64,000 nucleotides of DNA from contig NW_003314308.1 in assembly GCF_000143415.4 (NCBI RefSeq), positions 886,422 through 950,421 of the forward strand, in the 5' to 3' direction. Positions 63,380-64,000 of the stretch are shown in pieces. This DNA comes from Selaginella moellendorffii (taxonomy: Eukaryota > Plantae > Lycopodiophyta). The notes under the pieces are model-generated. The model was not told the DNA's origin. It was given only the letters and a program-made list of their open reading frames with translations, and made no database searches. A program made the translations under genes and the position numbers. Positions within the stretch are counted from its first letter, which is position 1, and the number at the start of each line of letters is the position of its first letter.

Positions 63380-64000
63380 TGGAAGTGACTAATTTTTCTA
63401 TTCTACTTTAGTCACTTAATCACACCTCTGACCACTTGGAAGAATATTATTCACAACCTTCATAAGTCCATTTCAGGACTTGGGGCTTGCTAGCCCCGAG
63501 GATGGCATCCATGCCACTTAACCCTTGCACTGAGTCCAAGTGCTCCACATGTCCGATCCCATGACTGACAACCCAAAGTACCATTAACATATCAACTCGT
63601 TATGCTAAGGCCATGCCCATTCACTTCGGTCACACTGCTGGTTCAACACCACTTGCATCACAATCCCGTCTCTCAAAAACTAGGCCATCCATCCATGAAT
63701 GATCATCCTAGATCCACTCCTTAACATTTTTAGGATGCTCATAGATATGGGGAATAGCCTTCCCCAATATCCCTTTTACAGTCCCCACCAAGTCCCTTTT
63801 CTATCGATGGCCGTGTTCGCCAACACTATCACTGGGACAAGGCCCACCGGTCTGACCACTAAGTCCTATTGTTCTCTAGACTTCCTCACTACATGACTGT
63901 ATCTTTGGCCACTACACCAAAGGCCACTCCTTTTCCTTTCCACAGCCTGGACTTTGGATACATTTCGGAGCTGTTCCGGCTAGTGTCACTCCTCTTCCCC
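63380..64000 (-). mobile_element. Diverged LTR (3' end) of the same Gypsy-derived family, running off the window
   Basis: TGGAAGTGACTAATTTTTCTATTCTACTTTAGTCACTTAA... is the reverse complement of the LTR end at 16630-16668 and stays alignable to the window end. Confidence 0.85.

Overview
Repeat-rich plant nuclear DNA. TTTAGGG motifs and ~50-70 bp GT-AG introns suggest a compact seed-free plant such as a Selaginella-like lycophyte (inference). Left quarter (1504-15118): a ~13.6-kb DNA transposon bounded by 25-bp terminal inverted repeats. It carries two divergent, now disrupted transcription units: a DUF7869-type DDE-like transposase (minus), and a multi-exon cargo unit (plus) with a ParB/Srx-like domain, a degenerate amino-DNA-methyltransferase-like domain, an acidic tract and an FCP1/NIF-type HAD phosphatase-like domain. 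The element is studded with ~30 copies of a 22-bp palindrome (ATGGCRTG-N6-CAYGCCAT), found in tiny introns, intergenic DNA and even coding frames, and not seen outside the TIRs. This is the best candidate for an undescribed system (transposon-encoded ParB-like protein plus cognate dispersed sites). 15.1-24.4 kb: a nest of 5S-rRNA-bearing Cassandra-type TRIMs and a non-coding Ty3/Gypsy-derived element whose 3' LTR was split by a base-precise 3.1-kb inversion. 26-63 kb: direct and inverted segmental copies of a composite unit made of a farnesyl-diphosphate-synthase pseudogene, a Pro/His-rich single-pass membrane protein gene with variable repeat number, unknown gene fragments and Helentron/HINE-like short elements, plus Helitron-type protein remnants and two assembly gaps. 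All domain calls come from motif recognition by eye; no searches were run.
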